Source: an uncultured Pseudomonadota bacterium (GTDB lineage Bacteria > Myxococcota_A > Polyangia > Fen-1088). Taken from it: 64,000 bases of DNA. The notes below the pieces were generated by a model. It worked only from the letters and a program-made list of their open reading frames with translations. It was not told the origin of the DNA and searched no databases. Within the stretch, counting starts at the first letter, position 1. Every line of letters starts with the position of its first letter. Below are positions 9,872 to 19,140 of the stretch, piece by piece. Both the position numbers and the translations under genes were made by a program. The stretch lies in contig CAVSOL010000006.1 of the NCBI GenBank assembly GCA_963729535.1, positions 111,418 through 175,417 on the forward strand, given 5' to 3'.

Positions 9872-10807
9872 GTGGTGGTTCGGCGCAGCGGCCTGCTGGC
9901 AGTTCTGGCAGTCGCGCTGGCGGCTCGCGCCCACGCGGCAGAGCTCGCGGTGTCGGGCGCGGACGGGTGCTTCGATGTGGAGACGATCGCCGATCAGGTG
10001 GCGGATCTCCTCGGACGCCCGCTGGCGTCCGTGACGGGCGTCGACTTCGAGGTGACGCTCTCGCGCGCGCAGCAGGCGAAGTGGACGCTGCGTCTCGACG
10101 CCCTCGAGGGCACGCGGGCGGATCACGAACGCCGCTCGCGCGAGCTGACAGCCGACAGCTGCGCCGAGCTGGCCGATGCTGTGGCGGTGGCGATCGCCAT
10201 GACGGTCAGCTCGCGGGGCGCGGCTGCGCCGCCGTCGCTGGTCGCGCCGCCGTCCCCGCAAGCAAAGCCTGCCACGGTGGTGACGCGCCCGCCGGCCGCG
10301 ACGCCCGCGACGGTCGCCGGCGGCGTGATGGTGGTCGGCGACAGCGGTGTGCTCCCGAGGCCTGGCGCAGGGCTCGAGCTCAGCGCTTCGCTGCGCTACC
10401 GCTGGTTGCGCCTGACCCTGGCCGGGACGGCGTTCGCCTCGCAGGTGACCCGCGCGACAACCGACGCTGGCGGCGAGTTCCGGCTGCTGTTCGGCAGCGC
10501 CCAGGTCTGCTTGGCCCGGGCGGTTGGGCGCACGGTGCTGCTCGGCTGCGCCGGCTTCGAGCTGGGGCGGTTGTCGGCTGAGGGGATCGGCGTCTTTAAC
10601 CCGCAGCTGGGCAGCGCCCCCTGGCGGGCGGCCCGCGCCGAGCTGGGGCTGTCGATTCCCGTCGCCGCGCGCGTCGCGCTCCTGGTGCGCGGCGGCGTCT
10701 CGCTGCCGCTGTCGCGGTCGCAGTTCGTCATCGACGGGACGATACCGGTCCACCGGCCGGGGAGCGTGGCGATCCGCCTGGCGCTGGGAGCGGAGGTGGA
10801 ATTTTGA
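9872..10807 (+). CDS. Secreted hypothetical protein
   Basis: Signal peptide MVVRRSGLLAVLAVALAARAHA; stop overlaps the putative TTG start of the sigma factor gene. Confidence 0.5.
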   Translation: MVVRRSGLLAVLAVALAARAHAAELAVSGADGCFDVETIADQVADLLGRPLASVTGVDFEVTLSRAQQAKWTLRLDALEGTRADHERRSRELTADSCAELADAVAVAIAMTVSSRGAAAPPSLVAPPSPQAKPATVVTRPPAATPATVAGGVMVVGDSGVLPRPGAGLELSASLRYRWLRLTLAGTAFASQVTRATTDAGGEFRLLFGSAQVCLARAVGRTVLLGCAGFELGRLSAEGIGVFNPQLGSAPWRAARAELGLSIPVAARVALLVRGGVSLPLSRSQFVIDGTIPVHRPGSVAIRLALGAEVEF

Positions 10808-11357
10808 CCCGCTGGCGAACGGATCTTGCGATCGCTGGAGACTCACGGTCGGGTGGCGTGACCTTCGATGACGTATACGGGATCACTTCGATTTCGTCTG
10901 GCGTTGCTTGCGCAGCCTGGGCGTTCCCGACGACGCGCTGGACGACGCGGCGCAGGACGTGTTCGTGATCGTCCACCGCCAGCTTCCCGGTTTCCGGGGT
11001 GAATCGACGCTGCCGACCTGGCTGTTCGGGATCATCCGCAACGTGGCCTCCAACCAGCGGCGCGGCGCGGGACGGAAGCAGACCCCGCTGGTTTCCCTCA
11101 CCGAAGAGGTGGTCCACGCGGGCCCTGGCCCCATCGAGCACGCCCAGGACCGGGAGGCCGCCGCCTTCGTGCAAGGGTTCATGGCGGCGCTGGACGATGA
11201 CAAGCGCGCCCTGTTTCTGCTGGCGGTGCTGGAGGAGATGGCCATCCCGGAGGTCGCCAGCGCGCTGGCGATCCCCCTCAACACTGCCTACACGCGGTTG
11301 CGCCGGTTGCGCATCGAGTTCGAGCAGGCGCTGGCGAAACGGGAGACGGCGGCTTGA
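10804..11357 (+). CDS. ECF (sigma-70 family) sigma factor; N-terminus in a different frame (frame correction needed near 10880)
   Basis: Region 2 (DAAQDVFVIVHRQL) and region 4 (LLAVLEEMAIPEVASALAIPLNTAYTRLRR). The upstream frame reads ...LAIAGDSRSGGVTFDDVYG, typical of an ECF N-terminus. Confidence 0.7.
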
Positions 11358-12169
11358 TGGAGCGGGACGACGCACGTGATCTGATCGCCGCCGCTCGTCG
11401 GGAGCTGTCACCGACCGCCGCTGATCGGGATCGGGTCAGGCGGGCGACGCTCGCGGCGCTGGCGCCGGCCGGCGCTGGCGATGGCGACGGATCGGCGGGC
11501 GGGCCGGGCGAGACGGCTCGCGTGCGCCCGCCCGGCGCGTCGTGGGCGACACGGCTGGTCGCCGTCGGCGTCGTGGCCGCGGCGGCGGCGGGCGTCGGAT
11601 ACCGTGCCGGTCTCCACGCCGGTCGGGAGCAGTCGTCGGCGTCCGAACGCCTCGCGCCGGCGCTGGTCGCCCCGCAGCCCGCACAGGCGCCGGCTGCGGG
11701 CGAATCGGACAGCGTGCGGTCAGCGGGACCACCTGCGCTGGTCGCGCCTCCGGCGGAGGCGCCGACTCCGACGCGGCCACCCGGCGCTCGCCGCCGGGTG
11801 AACGCCGCCACCACCCTCGCGCCCGCGGCGCCCGCTGCCTCGCCCGCCTCGCTCGCCGAAGAGGTACGAGCGCTGCGCGCGGTCGAGCGCGCGCTGCGTG
11901 AAGGCACCCCCGGTTTCGCGCTGTCGCTGCTGCGCGAGCTCGATCGCACGGTGCCGAACGGCCACCTCGTCGAGGAACGGCTGGCGACGCGAACCATCGC
12001 CCGCTGCGCGACCGGCGACGTTCCGATCGGCGTTGACCTCGCCGAGGACTTCGCCGATCGATACCCGGCCAGTGTTTACGGCCGCCGCGTCGCCGACGCG
12101 TGTGCAGGAACGGATTCGTCGCACACCGGAGACTCAGCTAATCGGAGGTCACCTCATGACAAGAATTAG
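11354..12169 (+). CDS. Putative anti-sigma factor (single TM, Ala/Pro-rich periplasmic part)
   Basis: 4-bp overlap with the ECF sigma gene; TM segment WATRLVAVGVVAAAAAGVGY. Confidence 0.55.
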   Translation: MMERDDARDLIAAARRELSPTAADRDRVRRATLAALAPAGAGDGDGSAGGPGETARVRPPGASWATRLVAVGVVAAAAAGVGYRAGLHAGREQSSASERLAPALVAPQPAQAPAAGESDSVRSAGPPALVAPPAEAPTPTRPPGARRRVNAATTLAPAAPAASPASLAEEVRALRAVERALREGTPGFALSLLRELDRTVPNGHLVEERLATRTIARCATGDVPIGVDLAEDFADRYPASVYGRRVADACAGTDSSHTGDSANRRSPHDKN

Positions 12170-12932
12170 ATTCGTCTGGCTGTTGCCACTCGCGCTTGCG
12201 CCGCTCGCCTGTTCCGACGGTAGCCCTGTCGACCTCGGCAACCGGCAAGCGCAGCTCTCCGACTACGCCGACAGCTGGGACGGTTACGCCGAGGCGTTCA
12301 CGTTCCCCGAGGGTTCGTCCGATCGCGTGCGCGTCACGCTGGACGCGAGCGGAAACGGGACGATCGAGATCGGGGAAGCGCCGCTCGACCCGACGCCGAC
12401 AGATCCGAATGTGGGCCTGCCGGGCGTGGCCGGACGTTTCCATGACGGGTTCCGCTACCCGATCCACGCCGCCGTGGTCGAGGCTGGCCGCATTCGCGTC
12501 GAGGTCGATCCCGGCGAGCGGTTCGCGGCCTGGTGCGCGATTCAGACGCCGTACCCCTTCCCAGAGTCCCCCGGCCTCTTCCTCTGCGTCGACATTCCCG
12601 CCGGGAAGGCATACACGCCGCGCGGCTTTACCGCCCCCGGCGAGTGTGCCGTGTGGGATGCGACGCCCGCTCCCGCGGGTGGCAACATCCTCACGAACCC
12701 GACGGCGGTCAGCTGTGCACGATACGAGCCCTGCATCGGCCAAGTCTGCGCCTGCACGGCGTCGGCCTGCGCCTACAACCCGGCGCAACCGCGTCCCGAC
12801 GGCTACCGCGTCCGCGTTGACGGCGCGCTGGACGACAACGGCGCGAGCCTGGTCGGCACGCTGGCGATTCACGCCGACTGGGACAACCCCAACGTCGCCA
12901 CCCGAGTCACGGTTCGGCTGGCGCGGCAGTAA
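12157..12932 (+). CDS. Secreted lipoprotein, third gene of the sigma/anti-sigma operon
   Basis: MTRIRFVWLLPLALAPLACSDG lipoprotein signal; Cys-containing C-terminal half. Confidence 0.55.
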
Positions 12933-12941
12933 CGCAGGGGG

Positions 12942-12956
12942 GCACTGAGTGCCCTT
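12942..12956 (+). terminator. Hairpin GGGCAC-TGA-GTGCCC just after the stop codon, plus a second imperfect inverted repeat
   Basis: Perfect 6-bp stem directly 3' of the TAA at 12930; no U-tract. Confidence 0.3.
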
Positions 12957-13269
12957 GCGGCGCCTCCCGCGGCGAAGAAGCCTAAGCCGCCGCGGCCGCC
13001 TTCAGTTACTTTGGTGGCTGAGAGGTGAGTCATGGGCCTCAGGCGACCGCTGACTCTTGCTCGTACGATTCTGATCGTGATGCGTACGGCACCCTGTTCT
13101 TCGGGTCACTGGCCGTCGGGCCGATCCGCGTGGATTTGCTCAAACGCAACGCGGCTGACGGCGACGTGTCCAACCTGGGTATGGTCGTCGATACGCCCGC
13201 CGGTGGCGTGAGACTGGGGTGGGGGGTCGACGTCCCGGTCCGGAACCGCTGACTGACGTAGGGCGCTGG

Positions 13270-13410
13270 TGGGCCGCGAAGCGCGAGGCGGTGGCGGGGG
13301 GCGCAGCAGAATCGGGCGCTGGCGGTGCTCACCGGAGGGCGGCTGGCGTTGTGATGGGGGGCCTCCTCAATACCTGCGGAGGCGCCTCCAATCGTTCGAC
13401 CCACCGCCGC
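13270..13410 (+). mobile_element. att-like remnant: last about 85 nt of the integrase gene plus the GGCCTCCTCAATACCTGCGGAG...CCAATCGTTC spacer
   Basis: Near-identical to 38650-38775 and 42715-42840; encodes ...AKREAVAG(G)AQQNRALAVLTGGRLAL* with one extra G. Confidence 0.45.
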
Positions 13411-13494
13411 CGTCTGCGTCAGGCTTGGCGGTCGAGCCACATGCTCCGACCGCCGACAGCAACAGAAGAACGACGCTCCTCCGCACGAGGTCGC

Positions 13495-14461
13495 TCAGGG
13501 GCATCCGCCCTGTGGGCACGTGTTGCAGGAGACGGTGATTCCGGTCTGCACGGATCCGAGCACCGAGCAAACTCCGCTGCAAGATTGCAGGCAGCCGCAG
13601 GAGATTGGTGACGTGCCGCAACTGTTGGTCCCGCACGTCACGAGCACCGCGCCACCCGCGCTGATGAAGCAGAGCTGACCGGCCGGGCACGTGAGGGAAG
13701 ACGGGGTGGGGCAGGTGACGGCTGTGCATGCGCCGGTGGCGACCTGCCACCTGGGTTCCACGGTGCTGCCGGCCACGCAGGACGCGACGGTGCGGCCCGC
13801 GCCTGCGCAGTCCTCGTAGTAACAGTTGAGGCCGACCGTGCAATTGCCGCCGGGCTGGGGCGGCACCGCCGGGCACGTGGCCCCCGAGGTGCCGCCTGCG
13901 CCGCCCGAGCCCCCTCGCCCTGCGTTTCCGCCCGAGCCTCCGCAGCTCGTCGGACAGTTGGGGCCGGTCAGGATGTTGCGGCAGTTTCCACAGGCAGGTG
14001 GTCCGCAACAAAACTCATCTTGGCCACAGATTTGCCCGCCACAACTCTCGCCTCCGCCGCCCCCACCCATGCCGCCACGTCCGGCGTTTCCCGCGGAACC
14101 GCCCACGCCGCCTCGGCCGCCACCACCGTTCCCCGCGACGCCTCCGGCTCCCACCGCGCCCGCCGCAACACCGCCACCAGCACCCGCGGTGCTGCCGCCA
14201 TCACCGCCGCGGCCGGCCGTCGCGCCCGCGCCGCCACCATTTCCCGCAACGCCGCCGGCTCCGCCGCTTCCCGTTGCTCCCGCACCACCACCGCCGCGGC
14301 CGCCGGCGCTCGTGCCCGCCTGTCCCCCAACGCCGGTCGTTCCCGCCTTTCCCGCCCGCGCCCGCTCCGGCGTCGCCGTTCGAGGGATTCGATCCACACG
14401 ATGAAACAGCGACCAGCGACAGGATTGCTGTCGAAACGAACAGCGTCTTCGCCATTGTCAT
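13495..14461 (-). CDS. Gly-rich, Cys-rich secreted lipoprotein (frame correction needed in the Gly-rich tract)
   Basis: Lipoprotein signal MTMAKTLFVSTAILSLVAVSSCG is in the frame of ORF 14201..14461; the Gly-rich linker and multi-Cys C-terminal domain are in ORF 13495..14397. Confidence 0.5.
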
Positions 14462-15363
14462 TTTCGTCGTTCCTTACTGGTGAGTTGATGCGGGCTATCG
14501 AGCGCCTGCAGTCGCTGCCCGAGCACGCGGTTCTCGCGTTCGAGCTTTTCGATTCGCTGTTCCTGTTGCGACACGACACGCTCGAGCGCCTGGATCGCGG
14601 CCAGCGCGACGCCATGGGCGTCGATCGAATGATAGCTGCGATCGTCGTCCCCGAGCCCGAAGCTCGCGTGGAAGTCCTGAGCCATCGGACCGAGGTGGCG
14701 GACGGTGGACGGCTCACTCAGATACGTCCAGGTCGAGATCGGCAGCTCGCCGACCTTCCTCAAGATGGCGTCGGTATCGGCGGGCGCGATGTTCTTCTTT
14801 TGGTTGCGATCGCTCTTGCACAGCGGCGCGCATCCCTGCGGACATGTCGGGGCTGCCATCGTCGGCGTGTGGCAAATCGGGGCTACCGAGATCGGTCCCT
14901 GGTCCTGACAGCAGATGTCGCCGACGGGGCAACAGATGTTGCCGCAGCAGATCGAATTCGGCGCGCAGAGCTCCGTCTGCGAATTGCACGGAGACTGCTG
15001 GCACGTGCCGTCGCCACAGTAGGGCGTGCCGCCCTCGCAGCGCCTACCGCAGACGCCACAGTTGAACGGATCGTTCTGCAGATTCACGCAGCCGCCGCCA
15101 CAGCAGCTCCGTCCGGTCGTACACGCGACCGCACAGACGCCGAGTCCGCCAGCGCCGGTTGTTCCGCTTGTTCCGCCCGCGCCCGTCGTACCGGCGGCGC
15201 CCGTTTCGGCGCTGCCCCCGCTTCCGGATCCTGCGATGCCGGTGCCCCCGCCGGCTCCGCCGCCGCAACCGAGAACGACGGCGACCAGGATCACGGCGCT
15301 TGGCGGGATCCGGGACGCGCGTACGGTCGTCGTGACGATCGAACATCTGCCGGGCATGTTCAT
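14458..15363 (-). CDS. Cys-rich lipoprotein with C-terminal peptidase S74 / intramolecular chaperone autoprocessing domain
   Basis: MNMPGRCS...VLGCGGG signal; GAGG SD 6 nt upstream of the ATG at 15363. C-terminus SDRNQKKNIAPADTDAILRKVGELPISTWTY...HLGPMAQDF...FGLGDDDRSYHSIDAHGVALAAIQAL...EQRIEKLE matches the tail-fibre/endosialidase chaperone domain. Confidence 0.7.
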   Translation of the reverse strand: MNMPGRCSIVTTTVRASRIPPSAVILVAVVLGCGGGAGGGTGIAGSGSGGSAETGAAGTTGAGGTSGTTGAGGLGVCAVACTTGRSCCGGGCVNLQNDPFNCGVCGRRCEGGTPYCGDGTCQQSPCNSQTELCAPNSICCGNICCPVGDICCQDQGPISVAPICHTPTMAAPTCPQGCAPLCKSDRNQKKNIAPADTDAILRKVGELPISTWTYLSEPSTVRHLGPMAQDFHASFGLGDDDRSYHSIDAHGVALAAIQALERVVSQQEQRIEKLERENRVLGQRLQALDSPHQLTSKERRK

Positions 15364-15391
15364 GTGAAACCTCGCTCGCCCATTCCGCTCA

Positions 15392-15964
15392 CTACTGCGT
15401 GTCGCATGCGACGTTCGCTGCCGTGCAGAACATCCCGTACGTGTTGCCGGTCGAGCCGCTTTGACACAGCGGAAGTGTGGCGTCGTGGCAATCGGCGCTC
15501 CCGGTGCAAGTCGTGGTGCAGGCCGCGAACACGCTGCCGTGGTTCGTGCAGCTGAAACAGGTCGTTCCCGTCGCGCACGGCTGACCGCACTCGGGGACGA
15601 AAGTCGTGCACTTGCCCTGGACGCAAGTGACACCCGCGGTGGCTTGGAATTGCACACGTGAGCCATCGTCGACGAGCGGCTGCTGCGCTGCGCACCCACA
15701 TGCCGGATAGGTCGGGTCGCACTGCGCCTCGAGCGTCGTGAAGCGCGTCTGCTCGGTTGCCCGCAAACCGAAGATCTGTTCCTGCCCGCAGCAATTCATG
15801 GTGTGCGAAACGGCGACGCAGTCGGCGCTGGTGGCGCACGATCGATCGAGCTCGAGCACCGCCTGACACGCGCCGGAGCCACCGCCGCCATCTGGACCTC
15901 CGAGCGAGCTCGAGCCACACGCCCCCGCAGACAACACCAAAACGGCAGACAGTTGGAATCGCAT
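15392..15964 (-). CDS. Cys-rich secreted lipoprotein
   Basis: MRFQLSAVLVLSAGAC signal; about 30 Cys in 190 aa. Confidence 0.6.
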   Translation of the reverse strand: MRFQLSAVLVLSAGACGSSSLGGPDGGGGSGACQAVLELDRSCATSADCVAVSHTMNCCGQEQIFGLRATEQTRFTTLEAQCDPTYPACGCAAQQPLVDDGSRVQFQATAGVTCVQGKCTTFVPECGQPCATGTTCFSCTNHGSVFAACTTTCTGSADCHDATLPLCQSGSTGNTYGMFCTAANVACDTQ

Positions 15965-16281
15965 CCCTGGCCTTTCGTGGCAGCATCACCCGTGCCAGCG
16001 CCGAGCCCGAGATCCGGGGCCATGGCACGTCCGGTCTCGTGGACCGAGGCGTCAGATACCCCGCATTGCCTCAGATAACTGAGGTCGGCAGGGCGCGCGC
16101 CGTGCAGCCGTGCCTTGCTCTCTTCGTTCACGCCCGCGTCGAACGCGGGCCTCGGAGTTGCAGCAACGGCCGCCGCCGCCTAGTTTCGGCGCTTCCAGCC
16201 GTTCCACGGCGTCAGTATCTGAGGTTAACGAGCAAGACGGATCGCGACCTTCGCGGTCCCTCCACACCCGGCGGGAGGCTC

Positions 16282-17587
16282 ATGCCTAGGTCCACACGAG
16301 TTCGATCGAAGAGGCTGCGCGGCGTCTGGTTGCTGTCGGCCCTGACGGTGGTCGTCGCCGGCTGCGGCAGCGTGAGCTCGACGCCGGACGGATCGACAGG
16401 CGGTTCGTCGGGTGGTGCTCATCTGCGGGTCGCGGCGGCACCACCGGATCGGCGGGCACGACGGGCGCAGCCGGCACCACAGGCGCGGCAGGAACCACAG
16501 GCGCAGCTGGCACGACGGGCGCAGCGGGGACCACGGGTGGAGCTGGCACGACGGGCGCAGCGGGAACGACCGGTGCCGGCGGCAGCGGAGGCACCACCGG
16601 TGCGGGCGGCGCCGCAGGTGCCGGCGGTCGCGGTGGCGCGGGCGGTGCTGCGGGCACAACAGGCGCCGGCGGCGCGGCGGGCGGGCGCGGGGGCACGGCG
16701 GCGCGGGCGTGGCGGGAAGGGGCGGCACCGGCGGCAGCGCGGGCGCGGCCGGCCGCGGCGGTACGAGCGGGGTCACCGGCGCGGGCGGCAACCGCGTCGC
16801 GTGCCAGACCGACGCCGAATGCCAGCTCTTCAAGTGCTGCAACGGCGTCTGCGTGAACACGTCGAATGACATCCTCAATTGCGGCGGTTGCAACAAACCG
16901 TGTGCGGGACCAGATCCGTATTGTGGCAATGGCACCTGCAGCACACCGCCTTGCGGAACAACGAGCTGCATGGGCGCCACCTGCTGCGGCACCCAGTGCT
17001 GCACCGCAGGCCAGCTCTGCTGCTTCATCGAGGTCGGCCCCGGCACCCTGCGCTGCTCCGATCCTGTGCTCGGTACGTGCCCCCAGGGCTGCATCTCCGG
17101 CTGCCCGTGCACCGCGCCCACGACACCGGTTGCAACACCCGCGGGCTCGCGCGCGATCGCGGACCTGCGCCCAGGTGACCTCGTCTACAGTGTCGATCAC
17201 GGCGCGTTCGTCGTCGTTCCGATCAAGCTCGTTCACCGCACGCCGGTCGCCCCGACGCACCGGGTGGTCGAGGTGAAGCTGGCGCACGGCGTGATCCTGA
17301 ACATCACGCCCGATCACCCGACGGCGGACGGCCGCACGTTCGGCGATCTCGCGCCCGGCGACCGCCTCGACGGCGTGCGCGTCGACGCCGTTCGCGTCGT
17401 CCCCTACGGGCAGGCGTTCACGCACGACATACTGCCCGACTCGGATTCGGGCAGCTACGTCGCGGGCGGCGTCCTCATCGGCTCGGCCCTCGCGGCGCCG
17501 GTCGCCGGGCACGTGGTCCGCGCCAGCGCGGGAGGTCGACGAGCCAGCCTGCCACCGCCGCCGCGCTCCAGCGAATTTCAAGAATAG
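16282..17587 (+). CDS. Lipoprotein with (GTTGAA)n linker, Cys-rich module and C-terminal Hint (Hedgehog/intein-type) domain; two frame corrections needed (about 16420 and about 16690)
   Basis: Signal MPRSTRVRSKRLRGVWLLSALTVVVAGC is in frame 1, the GTTGAAGTTG linker in frame 0, and the Cys-rich plus Hint region in frame 2 (...RAIADLRPGDLVYSVDHGAFVVVPIKLVHRT...VILNITPDHPTADGRTF...). Confidence 0.6.
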
Positions 17588-17950
17588 CTACGCACATGCG
17601 CTCCGCGCGGGTGTGGCTAGAGCTCATCTCAAAACCAACCGCACACTCGCTGAGCCCGCGGCTTGCTTTCCCCACGTACGATCTGTGGCAGGCGACGACC
17701 ACCGTGGGTTTTCCGCAGGCGCTTCAGACCTCGACCTCAAAAGAGGCGCGGGGAACTGAGGCCCCGAAGCGTCGTTGTTCTAAGCTCGCTGGGGCGCATC
17801 GGTGCTAGCGCCTGTCGAGGACGGCACCGCGGGCCCCTCTCCCTTACCCGCCCTTACCCGCTCCCCGCTTCGCACCGCTTCGCGGGCGAGGGCAAACAGC
17901 CGCCTTATCTCGCGGCGAAACCTCACCAGCGATCCATGCGATCGAGCGCG

Positions 17951-19126
17951 TCACTGCAGGCGGTAGTCGAAGCCGGCGCGGCTGATGGCGTGGGCGACGA
18001 CGGCGTTGCCACAGTCGAACTGCTCGATGAAGAAGGCGTTTCGGTGGGGCGAATATGTGATGCTGTTGGGGGTGAAGGGCATCGGCTCGCCGATGGGCTG
18101 GAACGACACGCCCTTGTCGGTGGAGATCATGAGCTTCTGGCTTCCGGGCACGACGATGCGGCCGTCGGGCAGCTCGATGGGATGGCCGGTCTTGAGCGTG
18201 CCGGCCTGGATGGTCTGCGTCCAGGTGCGGCCCTGGTCGGTGCTCTTGATCAGGCCGCGGTCGTAGATGAGCGACCAGTAGATCGTCCCGTCCGAGGCCC
18301 ACAGCGGCAGGGCGGCCGCCGATGCGCTGGTCGTGGGCGTCCAGGTCTTGCCGCCGTCGGTGGTACGGAAGACGCCGTCGGTGCCACCCGCGTAGCCGGA
18401 GCAGCCGACCAGGTGAACGTTCCTGTCGATGACCAGGGCGTTCGTGCAGAAGTTCGTGCCGGCGGGCAGGTTGTTGCCGACGTTTGTCCACGTGGCGCCG
18501 CCGTCCTGCGAGCGGTACAGCGTCTGCTTCTGCTCGTGGCCGCCCGCCAGCAGCGTCTGGCGCTGCGGGTCGGCGAGGTCGACGCTGACGGAGTCGATGT
18601 GGCGCGCGTCGCCCAGCGGCGTGAACGTCGCGCCGTTGTCGGTCGTGCGGTAGACGCCGGGGCCGTTGTAGATGCCGGACTCCCAGAACGTGGCGGCGTG
18701 CGCGGGGTCGAAGACGATCGACGAGCCGCGGTTGGTGATCTGCTGCATGCCCGCCGCGGGCCACAGCTGGGTCCAGCTCGCGCCGCCGTTGGTGCTGGAC
18801 CACAGCCCCTGCTTCGCGACGCTGGTGATCAACATGTCGCTGGCGGGGTGCGCCGCCAGGTAAGGCGTGTTGCCGCACTCGGAGGCCATGCCCGCGAGAT
18901 TGGCGGTGACGTTGGTCCACGCCGCCGGCGGCGTCTCGCCCACCGGCGTGACCGTCATGCCGGCGGCGCCCGTCGTGCCCGCGCCGCCCGTCGTGCCCGC
19001 CGCACCCGTCGCGCCCCCGGCGCCCGTCATTCCCGCCGCGCCGGGCGTTCCAGCCTCCGAGCCTGCCGACGAACAGCCCGCCAGCACAGCGAGCGCCACC
19101 AGCGTCCATCGAGGTGCAACGTTCAT
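17951..19126 (-). CDS. BNR/Asp-box repeat lipoprotein (beta-propeller)
   Basis: MNVAPRWTLVALAVLAGCSS signal with a strong GGAGG SD; six SxDxGxTW-like boxes (STNGGASWTQ, TTDNGATFTP, SQDGGATWTN, TTDGGKTWTP, STDQGRTWTQ, STDKGVSFQP). Confidence 0.75.
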   Translation of the reverse strand: MNVAPRWTLVALAVLAGCSSAGSEAGTPGAAGMTGAGGATGAAGTTGGAGTTGAAGMTVTPVGETPPAAWTNVTANLAGMASECGNTPYLAAHPASDMLITSVAKQGLWSSTNGGASWTQLWPAAGMQQITNRGSSIVFDPAHAATFWESGIYNGPGVYRTTDNGATFTPLGDARHIDSVSVDLADPQRQTLLAGGHEQKQTLYRSQDGGATWTNVGNNLPAGTNFCTNALVIDRNVHLVGCSGYAGGTDGVFRTTDGGKTWTPTTSASAAALPLWASDGTIYWSLIYDRGLIKSTDQGRTWTQTIQAGTLKTGHPIELPDGRIVVPGSQKLMISTDKGVSFQPIGEPMPFTPNSITYSPHRNAFFIEQFDCGNAVVAHAISRAGFDYRLQ

Positions 19127-19140
19127 GGGCTGCCTCCTTC

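Noticed and set aside
9740-10846. 368-aa minus-strand ORF
   Set aside because: Arg/Gln-rich antisense of the secreted protein gene 9872-10807; no domain-like sequence.
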